From Candidatus Eiseniibacteriota bacterium (GTDB taxonomy: Bacteria > Eisenbacteria > RBG-16-71-46 > JABDJR01): a stretch of 64,000 nt of DNA. Position 1 is the stretch's first letter; every line of letters starts with the position of its first letter. A program made the position numbers and the translations under genes. The stretch spans positions 1,056,001 to 1,120,000 of the forward strand of contig CAWANH010000029.1 in NCBI GenBank assembly GCA_963783375.1, in the 5' to 3' direction. Below the pieces are notes generated by a model. That model saw only the letters and a program-made list of their open reading frames with translations. It made no database searches and was not told the origin of the DNA. This document shows positions 48,123 to 58,577 of the stretch, in pieces.

Positions 48123-49457
48123 TCATTTCGCGACCGTCTTCCGCCCGCGGATCGCCGACTTGGCCACCCGGATGAGCTGGACGACGGGGATTCCCGAGGG
48201 GCAGGCGTAGCTGCACGACCCGCACTCCATGCAGTCCATCACGAAGAACTTCTCCATCTCCTCGTAGCGGCCGGCGCGGGCCAGGCGGCCGAGGCGGGAG
48301 GGATTCAGGAAATTGGGACAGGCTTCCACGCAACGCCCGCACCGAACGCAGGTGTACTCGTTGGGGATTCGGGCCTCCGCCTCGGTGAACGCCAGGAGTC
48401 CCGAGGTGCCCTTGAGGATCGGAACGTCGAGGCTGGAGAGCGGGGAGCCCATCATCGGCCCCCCCATCACCACCTCGCGGGCCTCGGCGGTCAGCCCGCC
48501 GCAGTAGTCGAGCACCGCGCGAACCGGCGTTCCCACCGGAACCAGGAGGTTGGCCGGACGCTCGATCCCCGGCCCGGCGACCGTCACCACCCGCTCGATC
48601 AGGGGTCGCCCGTGGTCGAAGTAGTCGGCGAGAGCGGCCATCGTCCCCACGTTGTTCACCACCGTCTCGACGTCGAGGGGAAGCTTTCCCGCCGGCACCT
48701 CCACCCCGTAGATGGCGCGGATGAGCATCTTCTCCGCCCCCTGGGGATACTTCACCTTGAGCGGAACCACGCGGATCTTCGAGTCCTCGGGGATGGCGCC
48801 GCGGAGGGCCTCGATGGCGTCGGGCTTGTTGAGCTCGACCCCGATCGCCGTCTCCTCCACCCCCAATCGCTCGGCCAGGATCTCGATGCCTCGAACGATC
48901 GCTTCCGGCCGCTCCACCATGACCCGGTGGTCGGTGGTGAGGAACGGCTCGCACTCGCACCCGTTCACCACCAGGCGTCGGACCCGCTTCCCCTCGGGGA
49001 GCTTGTACTTGACGTGGGTGGGAAACGCCGCGCCTCCCATCCCCACCAGCCCCGCCCGCTGGACGTGGGCCACGAAGTCGTCGATGGACAGGCTCCGCCA
49101 GTCGATAGGGGGAAGGCCGTTGAGCTTCTGGGTGGCGAAGGGATCGGCCTCGATCTCGATGGACTCGGTGAGTCTGCCGTTGGGGTGGAGCCGCGGGGCG
49201 ATGGCCGCGATGCGGCCGGTGACCGGGCTGTGGAGGGTGGTGGAGACGAAGCCCCCCGGCTCGGCCACCAGCTGGCCGCGCACCACCCGCTCCCCCACCT
49301 CCACCACCGGACGGCAGGGCGCCCCGGTGTGCTGGCTCAAGGGCAGGATGTAACGCTCCACGAAAGGCATCCGGGCGGTCGGGAGGTGCTCGGTCTCCTC
49401 CTTGTTCTCCTCGGGATGGATGCCGTGGCGAAAGGTGCGGGGCAGAAAGCGGGTCAC
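48123..49457 (-). CDS. rnfC: Rnf subunit C
   Basis: GMGGAAFPT, NGCECEP, YPQGAEK, GGPMMG and two CxxCxxCxxxCP motifs. Confidence 0.96.
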   Translation of the reverse strand: MTRFLPRTFRHGIHPEENKEETEHLPTARMPFVERYILPLSQHTGAPCRPVVEVGERVVRGQLVAEPGGFVSTTLHSPVTGRIAAIAPRLHPNGRLTESIEIEADPFATQKLNGLPPIDWRSLSIDDFVAHVQRAGLVGMGGAAFPTHVKYKLPEGKRVRRLVVNGCECEPFLTTDHRVMVERPEAIVRGIEILAERLGVEETAIGVELNKPDAIEALRGAIPEDSKIRVVPLKVKYPQGAEKMLIRAIYGVEVPAGKLPLDVETVVNNVGTMAALADYFDHGRPLIERVVTVAGPGIERPANLLVPVGTPVRAVLDYCGGLTAEAREVVMGGPMMGSPLSSLDVPILKGTSGLLAFTEAEARIPNEYTCVRCGRCVEACPNFLNPSRLGRLARAGRYEEMEKFFVMDCMECGSCSYACPSGIPVVQLIRVAKSAIRGRKTVAK

Positions 49458-52400
49458 CGGTTCTCCTCTCCGCCGCCGTTCGCGGGCCGGGCGCCGGCCA
49501 AGGCCAGGAGACGCCCTCGTACCCGCTGGGTGAGCTCGGCTTCGGTCCGGCCCCGGGTCTCGGCCAGGCGCGCCTCGTAGTCGGCGCGGAGCGCTTCGAG
49601 GGCGGCCGCGTGTTCGTCCCGGAGCGCGGCCAGGGCTCCGGCCCGCGCTTCCTCGAGGGCGGCGGGCGGAAGCGCGGTGCCGGCCAGCTCCTGGAGCGTG
49701 CGCCAGGCGGCCATCCGCTCCTCCACCGCGCGGACCAGGGCCGGGCTCACCCGGAGCAGATTTTCCGTCTCGGGCTCACCCACCGTAGGTGTTTTCTTTT
49801 TGCGGACTTCCCCGGATAGCTTCAAGTAATCGATAAGGGGTGTCGGCTCGATGTCGTCCGCGGTCAGCGGGGTGAGCTGGGCGGCGAAGCGCCCTTCCTC
49901 CGCGGCCCAGGCCGCGGGGGTGAGCACTTCCCCGTTCCGGTTCCTGGCCCAGCCTCCCGCGGGATCCGGGTTGGCGGAGATGTCCACCCGGGGGCGTTCG
50001 CCGATTGGGTCCAGGGGCGAGCGCCGGATGAGCGGGAAGGTCCGCGCGGCCACCGCCCGCCACGCCCGGGTAAGGGCCTGGTCGGCGGGGAAGCCGTGGC
50101 GCTCCGGACTCGGAGCATGAACTCGGATGAGCGCCGGCCCGTCGAAGGCCACCGCCTCGGCGACCCCGGGCTCCAGATGCCCGGGATGGGCGATCGAGGT
50201 CTGAAGGACGTAGGCCCGCGGATGGGCCAGGGCGAAGAGCGCCACGTCGTGCCGCATGGCCGAGGAGGGTTCCGCCGCCGCCATCACGTCGCCGCTCTCG
50301 GCCAGGCCGAGGTGAGCCTCGGCGAGGAGGATCCACTTCACGGGAACGTCGCCGTCCAGAAGGTTCACGAAGCCGGCGAGCCCCGGTCCGGCCAGCGCGT
50401 CCTCGTTCACGACGAGGAAGAGCGGTGGGCACTGGGCCCGCTCTTCGGGAGTCAGGTCCCGCCAGGTGAGGCGGGCGAGCCGGGGCGCGGCCCCCGCGGC
50501 CTCGGCCGGCCGATCCAGCTCCAGACGGGCCCGGCGGATGGCCACGAACCCGTCGAGGGCTTCGCGGAGCTGGCCTTCGAGAATGCCCCGGGCGATCTCC
50601 GCGCTGTCTCCGGTGGCGTCCACGGTCACCGGCACGGCGAAGGGGTTCTCCGGGAAAGCCCCGGCCCAGGCAGCCGCGGTTCCCGGTCCCACCACCACTC
50701 CGAAGGGCGCCCGGCCGGCGCCCGACTCCCCCTCGGTGAGCCGCCAGTGGAGGTCGGCCAGGGTGCGCGCGGAGTCCACCAGGCGGCGGAGCCGGGCCAC
50801 GTCCACCCGCCCGGTCTCGAAGGCGGTCTCGATCCGGTTGGAGAGCTCGGTCAGATCCGCGTCGGGCCGGCGCACCTCCCCCAGGCCCTTGGCCAGGGCG
50901 TCGAGGTCGGCGGTGGGAAGGGCCCCGGCCATGGATTCCCGGATGGCGCCAGCCAGTTCATTTCGCGTCTTTTCAATCGTTTCCAGAGTTTCCTTGAGAC
51001 GGGGCTTCAAGTGGGCGGCGGCGCTCCCCAGGATCTGCCGCACCGCGATCCGCTCCCCCGAGCCGGGCTCGGCGGGGTCCCCGCCGGCGAGCACGTCCCG
51101 CCCGGCGCGGCCCAGAAGGTCGGCGGCCAGGGCACCGACGTCGCTCCGGGACCGGGCGATCTCCAGCGCGGCGGGCGAGGTCTCGGGGAGGGTCTCGAAG
51201 CGCCGGTGGAGCGCGCGGGCCTCGGCCAGACGATCGGAGGTCTGGGGAAGGGCGACGAGCGCCCCCGGCTCGCAGACCGCCACGCACACCCCGCAGGCCT
51301 TGCAGGCATCGGGGTTCACGGCCAGGGTGAACAGGTCCCCGCTTCCCCGCATGGTCCGCTCGGGGACCTCGAAGAAGGGCTTGGTGCGAGCCACGGGAAG
51401 ATCGGCGATCTCCTCGCGAACCGCTCCGAAGGCCTCGGCGAGGCCGGCCTTCCGGTCCTCGGGCAAGGGCATCTTCTCGATCAGGCTCGTGAACGCACTC
51501 GCGAACAGCGGGCCGGCCGTGGCGCCCGCGGTGTCCTGAGCGGCCAGATCCTGGTTCACCCGCGCGGCGAGCTTCGAGGCGGCCATGCGAAGCGCGTCGG
51601 CGCTTCGGCCCCGCTCGCGGGCCCGGGCCATGCCGAAGTCGAGAAGGGCGGAGGCGGAGAGAACCGCCGGCTCCACCGCGCCGTCGGGACACGCGCTCCA
51701 GCAGGCGCCACAGGCGGTGCAGAGCGCGGGTTCGAAGGCGGGAAGGGTCGCGCGCGCGCCGGATAGGTCGGCGAAGGTCGAGGCCAGGGGAGGCACCGCG
51801 CCCACCGCCAGGTACGGATCGGGAACCAGCCCTTCGGCGGAGTGGTCGCGCGCCAGCACCCCGACCTGGTCCCAGAACCGGGGAAGGCTGTCCATGGTGT
51901 CGTCGGCCTTCCCCAAGCGGCGGACCGCGGCGGGGGCGCCAAGCTCACCTTCGGGAGCGGCCTCGGCGGTGGCGACGTCGGAGCCCATCGCCTCCAGGAG
52001 CGCCACCTCCCCGAACCCGGCCAGACAGGAATCACCCTCCGGCTCTCCCCCCGCCGTTTCCTTCCGGGCGGCGGCCAGCTTCCGCGGGTTGAGATCGACC
52101 TTCCCCTCGGCCTTCAACACGCCGAGAAGGGCGCCGGCCACCCGCGCGTCGCGCTCGGCGCGGGGCGCGTCGTGGGCCACCGCGACCGCGTAGAGCCTCA
52201 AGGTGTTTTCGCGGGCGGAACGGCGCACCGCCTCCCCCAGCTGCGTCAGCAACCCGCCCGAGGCCGGGTCCCGGACCACCAGGAGAAAGGCGCCGGGCCG
52301 GAGCCCCTCCAGAGCCTCCGCGGGGACCGGAGTTCCCGATCCGATCCACACCGCGCCTTCGGGGGCGACGTCGTCCCCGGGGTCCTTCAGATCGTCCGGC

Positions 52401-54058
52401 GCGTAGGTGAGCCGGTCGCACACCGCGGCGCCGAACCGCTTCCAGGAGAGGCCGGGTCGGGTGCGAACCCGTCCCGGGGCGGAGCGGACCAGGAGGACCG
52501 CCGCCTCGCCGGCCACCCCCTCTCCCCCGCTTCCCGCCGCGCGGTGGACGTTCACGGTGACCGCGCCGGCGGGTCGGACGTCGGGCGAAGCCTCCGCGGC
52601 GCGGAGCCCCCTGGCCGAGGCCCCGGGATAGGCGCGCCGAAGCGCGTCATGAAGGACCTGGCGCTTGGGGTAATCGGTATGGGCGGGCGCGAAATCCACG
52701 CCGAGATAGACCGGCGAGCGGCCGGCGCGCTCCAGTTCGCGAGCGGCGGCGGCGAGATCCCCGGCGCGAAGGGGCAGGCCCCCCAGGCCGTAGAACGCGG
52801 TGGTGAGCCGCGGCATGTCCTTCTCGCTGACCGCGGGAAGTCCGGGATGGGCGTCGCTTCCGTGGCGCGCGTTCTCACGGGAGCGCTCCAGGGCGGAGCG
52901 GACCGCGGCGGTGAGCGGGGCCTCGGCAAAGCCGGGAGCCCCGACGCGCTCGAGCACCACGGCCGCCTTCTTCCCGGCCACCAGCTCGGCCACCCGGGCC
53001 GCGGGGAAGGGCGAGAGGGCGCGGATCCCCACCACCCCGGCCTTGAGCTTCCCGTGGGCGCGAAGATGATCGGCCACCGCTTCCGCGGTCTCCACCGCCG
53101 AGCCCAGGGCCACGAAGACGACCTTGGCGTCGTCGGTCCGGTAGGCGCTCACCGTCCCGTGTCGACGGCCGGTGACCCGGGCGAAGTCCTCGAAGGCTCG
53201 ATCGAGAATCTCCGGGAGGTGCTCGTCGAAGTAGACCCGGCGGGCGGCATCGGCCAGGGCGTGCCGGTCGGGGCCTTCGGGACCGCCGGCGCCCAGGGGC
53301 CGCTCGACGTCGTGCCAGCGGGGAACGCGGGACCGGTGCTTTCCGAAGAGCACTTCCTGGGCGGCGGTCGGCGGATGGATGGTCTCGCGCGGGTCGCCCA
53401 GGAAACCGAGCGCGGTCGCGCGGGCCGGGAGCCGAACCTCCTGGACCGAGAGCGCGGTCTCGGCCGCGTCCATGGCCACCAGGGCCGGGGTCAGGGCCTC
53501 CTCGGCGGTCCGCCGGGCGATGAGGGCGAAGTCGCTCACCTCCTGGACGTTCGCCGCCACCAGGACCGCGGCGCCGTTTCGGGCGGCGGCGTGGACGGCT
53601 TCGTGTCCGGATCCCAGGGCCGTTCCCGGTCCGGTCCCGGCCCGGGCGGCGAGGTGCACCACCACCGGAAGCCGGCGGATCGATGCCTGGGTCCACAGGT
53701 CGATGGCCCCGGAGAGGTCGGGGCCGGAAAGGAAAGCGGCGGCCCGAAGGCCGGCGGTGGCCATGCCGAGAGCGGCGGCGAGATCCCCGCGGGGCCCCGC
53801 GCCCTCCACCGTACCGCCGGGGCGGCCGAGGAGATTCAACCCGTCCGCGGCCACCTGGGCGGCGAACGCCTTCCCCGCCGCGGCGGCGGGAAACGTGGCC
53901 CCAAGGGCGGCGGCGTCGGCGGAACCGGCCTCGGTCAGGGCGGCGGCGGTGGTCCCGTCGGTGACCGAAGCCACCCCGGGGTGGATCCCGTCCCCGGACG
54001 GCGCGGCCCCGACCAGGCGGCGATAGACACGATGCGCGGAACCGCTGAGGTCAACCAT
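49454..54058 (-). CDS. PFOR-like multidomain protein (1534 aa) with degenerate active site and intact 2x[4Fe-4S] domain
   Basis: Collinear with single-chain PFOR (GSAVETAE, YGLGG, NPDACKACGVCVAVC, RTFPL, WRTLQELAG), but the YPITP, GDG and proximal-cluster Cys motifs are missing. Confidence 0.8.
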   Translation of the reverse strand: MVDLSGSAHRVYRRLVGAAPSGDGIHPGVASVTDGTTAAALTEAGSADAAALGATFPAAAAGKAFAAQVAADGLNLLGRPGGTVEGAGPRGDLAAALGMATAGLRAAAFLSGPDLSGAIDLWTQASIRRLPVVVHLAARAGTGPGTALGSGHEAVHAAARNGAAVLVAANVQEVSDFALIARRTAEEALTPALVAMDAAETALSVQEVRLPARATALGFLGDPRETIHPPTAAQEVLFGKHRSRVPRWHDVERPLGAGGPEGPDRHALADAARRVYFDEHLPEILDRAFEDFARVTGRRHGTVSAYRTDDAKVVFVALGSAVETAEAVADHLRAHGKLKAGVVGIRALSPFPAARVAELVAGKKAAVVLERVGAPGFAEAPLTAAVRSALERSRENARHGSDAHPGLPAVSEKDMPRLTTAFYGLGGLPLRAGDLAAAARELERAGRSPVYLGVDFAPAHTDYPKRQVLHDALRRAYPGASARGLRAAEASPDVRPAGAVTVNVHRAAGSGGEGVAGEAAVLLVRSAPGRVRTRPGLSWKRFGAAVCDRLTYAPDDLKDPGDDVAPEGAVWIGSGTPVPAEALEGLRPGAFLLVVRDPASGGLLTQLGEAVRRSARENTLRLYAVAVAHDAPRAERDARVAGALLGVLKAEGKVDLNPRKLAAARKETAGGEPEGDSCLAGFGEVALLEAMGSDVATAEAAPEGELGAPAAVRRLGKADDTMDSLPRFWDQVGVLARDHSAEGLVPDPYLAVGAVPPLASTFADLSGARATLPAFEPALCTACGACWSACPDGAVEPAVLSASALLDFGMARARERGRSADALRMAASKLAARVNQDLAAQDTAGATAGPLFASAFTSLIEKMPLPEDRKAGLAEAFGAVREEIADLPVARTKPFFEVPERTMRGSGDLFTLAVNPDACKACGVCVAVCEPGALVALPQTSDRLAEARALHRRFETLPETSPAALEIARSRSDVGALAADLLGRAGRDVLAGGDPAEPGSGERIAVRQILGSAAAHLKPRLKETLETIEKTRNELAGAIRESMAGALPTADLDALAKGLGEVRRPDADLTELSNRIETAFETGRVDVARLRRLVDSARTLADLHWRLTEGESGAGRAPFGVVVGPGTAAAWAGAFPENPFAVPVTVDATGDSAEIARGILEGQLREALDGFVAIRRARLELDRPAEAAGAAPRLARLTWRDLTPEERAQCPPLFLVVNEDALAGPGLAGFVNLLDGDVPVKWILLAEAHLGLAESGDVMAAAEPSSAMRHDVALFALAHPRAYVLQTSIAHPGHLEPGVAEAVAFDGPALIRVHAPSPERHGFPADQALTRAWRAVAARTFPLIRRSPLDPIGERPRVDISANPDPAGGWARNRNGEVLTPAAWAAEEGRFAAQLTPLTADDIEPTPLIDYLKLSGEVRKKKTPTVGEPETENLLRVSPALVRAVEERMAAWRTLQELAGTALPPAALEEARAGALAALRDEHAAALEALRADYEARLAETRGRTEAELTQRVRGRLLALAGARPANGGGEENR

Positions 54059-54902
54059 GAAGCCTCCGACCGGGAGCCGTGGGCTCCTCCTCGGTGAACT
54101 GTTGGCCCGCCACCCACTGGATTGCGCCGGTGGGGCAGCGCCAGGTCGCGACGGGAGAGGCCGGCCCGCCCGCCGCGTAGTCCACGACGGGGAGATTGTT
54201 TTCCATGCGGATGAGACCGGGAGGGGCGTCCTGGGCGCAACGGCCGCAGGCGTCGCAGACCACCTTGCACACCGCGCGCGCCTCATCGGCGGCGAGCGGG
54301 GCCATGCACTGGACGATCAGCCGGTGGCTCACCGGAAGGATCTCGAAGAGGTCGCGGGGGCAGGCGGTCACGCAGTCCCCGCAGGCGGTGCACTTGTCCA
54401 CGTCCACCACCGGGAGCCGCATCTCGTTCATGCTGATGGCGTCGAAGGTGCATGAGACCTCGCAGTCCGCGAGCCCCAGGCATCCCCACGAGCACTTGAG
54501 CCCGCCGCCCCCCACCAGGTGCGCCCCCCGGCAGCTCTCGTATCCCGAGTACTCCGCGGTGCGGGCGGCGCGGCCGAGCCCGCCGGCGCAGTGGAGGCGG
54601 GCCACCCGCTTCTCCTCCGCCCCCGGGTCCACCCCGAGGAACTCGGCAATCAACTCGATGCCCTCCGGGCTCGACACCGTGCACTTGCTCGGGGCCAGGG
54701 CCCCGGCAACCACCTTCTCCGCCAGGCCGCGGCAGCCCGGCTCGCCGCAGGCCCCGCAGTTGGATCCGGGAAGCATGCCTTCCACCGTCTCCACCCGGGG
54801 GTCTTCCTCGACCCGGAGGAAGCGATAGGCGACGGCGAGGATGACCCCGAAGGTCAACCCCAGCCCGCCCATGATGATCGCCGCCTGGATCAGGTTGCTC
54901 AC
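54051..54902 (-). CDS. rnfB: Rnf subunit B
   Basis: TM helix, LPGSNCGACGEPGC, GCLGLADC and DKCTACGDCVTACP motifs. Confidence 0.93.
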   Translation of the reverse strand: MSNLIQAAIIMGGLGLTFGVILAVAYRFLRVEEDPRVETVEGMLPGSNCGACGEPGCRGLAEKVVAGALAPSKCTVSSPEGIELIAEFLGVDPGAEEKRVARLHCAGGLGRAARTAEYSGYESCRGAHLVGGGGLKCSWGCLGLADCEVSCTFDAISMNEMRLPVVDVDKCTACGDCVTACPRDLFEILPVSHRLIVQCMAPLAADEARAVCKVVCDACGRCAQDAPPGLIRMENNLPVVDYAAGGPASPVATWRCPTGAIQWVAGQQFTEEEPTAPGRRLHG

Positions 54903-54911
54903 GCCGCGCTC

Positions 54912-57437
54912 CTAGTTGAACTTCGCCGCCCGCTGGACCAGATCCTCGAGACCGGGTTCCTCGGGGTTCAGGGGCGCGCCGGGGTGGATGATGCGGGCCG
55001 GACACTTCTCCGCCGCCCGCACCAGGTCCGAGAAGGTTCCCGCCTTGACGTCCTGGATGAAGGCCTTCTTGTCCGCGTTGTAGGCGAACATCTGCGGGTT
55101 CAGGTTCGTGCACTCGTTGCAGGTGGTGCAGAGATCGGTGTCGATGTAGGCCTCGAGGGCCATCGGCTCCTCTTCGGCGGGGGCGGGGGCCGGCTCGGCC
55201 GCCGCGGGGGCCGCCGGCTCCGAGGCCTCGGCGGGAGCGGCCACCGGGGCCGGGCGGGTCGCCGGCATGCCCGCGCCCAGCACCGTCGAGGCGTCCGCGC
55301 TCAACAGGGCGGCGGTGAGGCGGTCGGCCACATCCTCCGCCGCGCTCAGGCGTACGGCCTCGAGTTCCGCCGCGTGTTCGGCCTTCAGGGTATCCAGCTC
55401 CTCCGCCGTCCGGGCGGCCGCCTCCTCGCGGGCCCGCTTGACCGCGTCCTCGACATACTCGCTCCGGACCCCGGCCAGCTCCTGGAGGGTGCGCCAGAAG
55501 TCCAAACGGTCCCTGGCGGCCAGGGCCAACCGCCGGGTCACCGCAAGGCGGGTCATCCGGTTGGACGCGTCCACCGCCCAGATGAAGGGGACCCGGGAAG
55601 CGGCCTCCTCGGACTCGAGGGTAAGCCACTCGGCCAGGGTCGCCAGGACGTCATCGGGAATTTCATCGGGAACGGGAAGGAAATGGGCGGCATAGGCCGG
55701 CTCCAGGAGCGCGAAGTCGGCGAAGGTGAAGGGAAGGGCGATCCGGCCGTCCCTGCCGTCCGCCTCGACCACTTCCAGCTCGTAGACCGGCCAGTCGCCC
55801 TCCGGCCCGGGGTTCTCCGAGAAATCCAGACGCCGGGCCCAGGTCGCCCCCGCTTCGGGGTCGTACCGGAAGAGGGGATGGGCGCGGCCTTCCAGGGCGG
55901 CCCCGGCGTACAGCCAGGCGCCCAGGCGTGGCTCGCCGGTCCCGAGCCCCCCGCCCAGGGCCACCACGTGGAGGGCGGGATGGCTGGCCCGGACCGCCCG
56001 GGTGAAGCCTTCCATCATGTGGAGGGGACGCGCGGCGGAGGTCTCGTTCACCAGCGCCTCGCGATGGCTGATTCCCAGATAGCCGGGCTCGAACCGGTAG
56101 CCGGCCAGGGGGTCATCGAGACGGGTGGCGGGCGCGTCGTGGTGGACCGGCTCCCCCGCCGCCGGGTTCTCGGCCGGGTTCACCGCGACCAGGATCTGCA
56201 CCGGACGCCCGGAGAGGATCAGCCGGGAGACCGAGAGCATGCCCTCGGCGGCCACGTGGCGGGCGGAGACCATCGCCACCACCGGGGACAGAAGCAGAAG
56301 CTCGTCGAGGCTCATGGCTTCCCAGTCGAACTGGGCCAGCCAGGGGTCGTGGCGGGCGGGTTCGTAGGCGCCCTTGACCTCCAGCCGGGCGGTGCGGACC
56401 GCCTTCAACGTGTCGGCGAGCCAGGCCGCCTGCTCGTCGAACCGCTCCGCCGCTTCCAGGCAGGGGTCGGCATGTTCCACCACCTGCCAACCTTCCAGGC
56501 TCCGGGCCCGGTCGAGGGATCCGTCATGCACCAGATGGAGCGGCGGCTCCGTCTCGGCGGTGAATGACTCGAGGGCGGCCACGGCGTGCTCCACGCGTTT
56601 CCGCCGGGGGGGGCTCATGGCCAGGCTTCCCCGGGGGGCGCCCAGGGTGCCGGCCAGGGCCGAGGCGTCGATGAACCGGGATCCGGCGTTCCCCATGGAT
56701 CCGTCCAGACTATCCGCCTCCCGGGACTCCGGACGCTTCCGCCGGTCGATCTCCAGCAGGGCGCGAAGCTCGCCGGCCAGTCGCTTCACTTCGACGGCGA
56801 AGGCGGCGCGCCGGGGGCGGAGCCGGCTCCGGGCCGCCTGCTCCAGGAGAATCACCGGTGCGTGCTCGCTCCAGGGAAGGAACCGAGCCCCGTCGGGGAC
56901 CCCGTCCATGAACGCAACGAGGGACTCCTTGAGAATCCGGGCGTCGCCGGCGGGGAGCTTGAGCTCGGCGGCAAGCTCCCGCATCGCGTTCTCGAGGACC
57001 CGGCGGGCGTCGAGCGGGTCGGTCGCGCCGGCCGCAGCCTGGCGCACCCGGCGCTCGAGGCGGAGGAGGTTGTCCCGGAGAATGCGCGACGACTCCCCTT
57101 CGGGAACGGTGCGGGCCAGGAACTCGGTCACCGGGACGCAAAGCGCGTTCTCCGGGTCGTCCTCCAACGGAGGCAGGTAGAGCGGATAGTCCGAGCGCAC
57201 CTTGGCGGGATCGCGGAACGGAGCGAGGAGCGCGGGCAGGAGCCCCGCCCCGGTCACCGCATCCGTGCCCTCGGAAAGGGACCCGGCCAGGTGGAACCGG
57301 CGGAGATCCATCACCGCCTCCACCGGCGCCGCCCTCTCCCCTCCGGGGGGGATCGCCGCTCCGGTCATCTCGGGCATGACCGGTTTCCCGGTCGCCGGCG
57401 GAGTCTTCTGCTCTTCAGGGGCCATCCTCGTCTCCAT
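54912..57437 (-). CDS. PFOR C-terminal-like domain fused to a C-terminal ferredoxin (841 aa)
   Basis: PLFRYDP, TFADFA and FWRTLQELAG motifs, an Ala/Pro linker, then CTTCNEC...AEKCP. Confidence 0.75.
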   Translation of the reverse strand: METRMAPEEQKTPPATGKPVMPEMTGAAIPPGGERAAPVEAVMDLRRFHLAGSLSEGTDAVTGAGLLPALLAPFRDPAKVRSDYPLYLPPLEDDPENALCVPVTEFLARTVPEGESSRILRDNLLRLERRVRQAAAGATDPLDARRVLENAMRELAAELKLPAGDARILKESLVAFMDGVPDGARFLPWSEHAPVILLEQAARSRLRPRRAAFAVEVKRLAGELRALLEIDRRKRPESREADSLDGSMGNAGSRFIDASALAGTLGAPRGSLAMSPPRRKRVEHAVAALESFTAETEPPLHLVHDGSLDRARSLEGWQVVEHADPCLEAAERFDEQAAWLADTLKAVRTARLEVKGAYEPARHDPWLAQFDWEAMSLDELLLLSPVVAMVSARHVAAEGMLSVSRLILSGRPVQILVAVNPAENPAAGEPVHHDAPATRLDDPLAGYRFEPGYLGISHREALVNETSAARPLHMMEGFTRAVRASHPALHVVALGGGLGTGEPRLGAWLYAGAALEGRAHPLFRYDPEAGATWARRLDFSENPGPEGDWPVYELEVVEADGRDGRIALPFTFADFALLEPAYAAHFLPVPDEIPDDVLATLAEWLTLESEEAASRVPFIWAVDASNRMTRLAVTRRLALAARDRLDFWRTLQELAGVRSEYVEDAVKRAREEAAARTAEELDTLKAEHAAELEAVRLSAAEDVADRLTAALLSADASTVLGAGMPATRPAPVAAPAEASEPAAPAAAEPAPAPAEEEPMALEAYIDTDLCTTCNECTNLNPQMFAYNADKKAFIQDVKAGTFSDLVRAAEKCPARIIHPGAPLNPEEPGLEDLVQRAAKFN

Positions 57438-57538
57438 CGGGATCCTCCCGGCCGCCGCCTACCGGCGAACGGTCCAGTCCGGTTTCCACCCGTAGCTCGG
57501 CCTCCGGACCGGCCGCGGATGGGTCTCGCGCCGCTCGC

Positions 57539-58492
57539 TCAGATGGCGAAGCGGTCCAGGGCGTTCTTCATCCCCTCGAGCCTCTCCTCCGCGGTCATTT
57601 CCATCCCCTGGGCGGTGTACTCGTCGTAACGGGGAGCGTCGGGGTTCCGGTAGAAGAGGCCGATGGCCAGCGGATCGACGCTCTCCGCCAGCTCCCGCGC
57701 CTTGGCCAGATCCGAGGGATCGTGCTCGAGCTGGTTCTTGTACATCTTGGCCACGGGGGGATCGGCGGTGATTCCCTTCTCGTGGGTGAGGAGCTGGATC
57801 GCGTCCGGGTTGTCCCGCACCGAGTCGAAGATGTGATCGGTGTAGGTGGGACAGCGCTGGAGGATGTGGACGAAGCTCAGGCCCTTGTGGTGGTAGGCGG
57901 CGAGAAGCGTCTGGTAGAGGTGGAGCGGATTCCAGTCCACCGTCCTCGCCACGAACGACACGTTGGTGAACCCCAGGGTGGCCTGGAGCGGGTTCAAGGG
58001 CGGGAGCCAGGCTCCGCGGGGATGGGTGTTGGTGGAGAAGCCGATCGGGGTGGTGGGCGAAGTCTGCTTCTTGGTGAGCCCGTAGACGTTGTTGTCGAAG
58101 AGCATCACCGTCATGTCCATGTTGTACCGCACGGCGTGGATCCAGTGCCCGGCGCCGATGGAGCAGCAGTCGCCGTCCCCGGTGGCGACCCACACCTGCA
58201 TGTCGGGGCGGCGGGACTTGATCCCCTCGGCCACCGGCAGCGCGCGGCCGTGAAGGCCGTGGAACCCGTAGGCGTGCATGTAGTGGGGGAAGCGGCTGGA
58301 GCAGCCGATCCCCGAGACCGAGGCGATCTTCTCCGGGGGAATCTGCTCGTCCCGGCAAATGCGCTGGACCGCGCTCAGGACCGCGTGGTCTCCGCAGGCC
58401 GGGCACCACCGGGCCACCCCGCCCTCGTAGTTTTCGAGGGTGAAGTAACGATCCGGAACTTCGAGGGACCAATCCGTCTTCAATCCGAACAT
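57539..58492 (-). CDS. 2-oxoacid:ferredoxin oxidoreductase beta subunit
   Basis: WCPACGD, SGIGCSSR, HGRALP, GDGD and NNVYGLTK motifs. Confidence 0.95.
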   Translation of the reverse strand: MFGLKTDWSLEVPDRYFTLENYEGGVARWCPACGDHAVLSAVQRICRDEQIPPEKIASVSGIGCSSRFPHYMHAYGFHGLHGRALPVAEGIKSRRPDMQVWVATGDGDCCSIGAGHWIHAVRYNMDMTVMLFDNNVYGLTKKQTSPTTPIGFSTNTHPRGAWLPPLNPLQATLGFTNVSFVARTVDWNPLHLYQTLLAAYHHKGLSFVHILQRCPTYTDHIFDSVRDNPDAIQLLTHEKGITADPPVAKMYKNQLEHDPSDLAKARELAESVDPLAIGLFYRNPDAPRYDEYTAQGMEMTAEERLEGMKNALDRFAI

Positions 58493-58577
58493 CTGACCTC
58501 TCCTTCGGCCGCGGCCGAGTGGGTGTCGTGCCCGATGACCCGCCGGAGCCCGTCGAGGCCCGGCCGGCGCCCGGACG

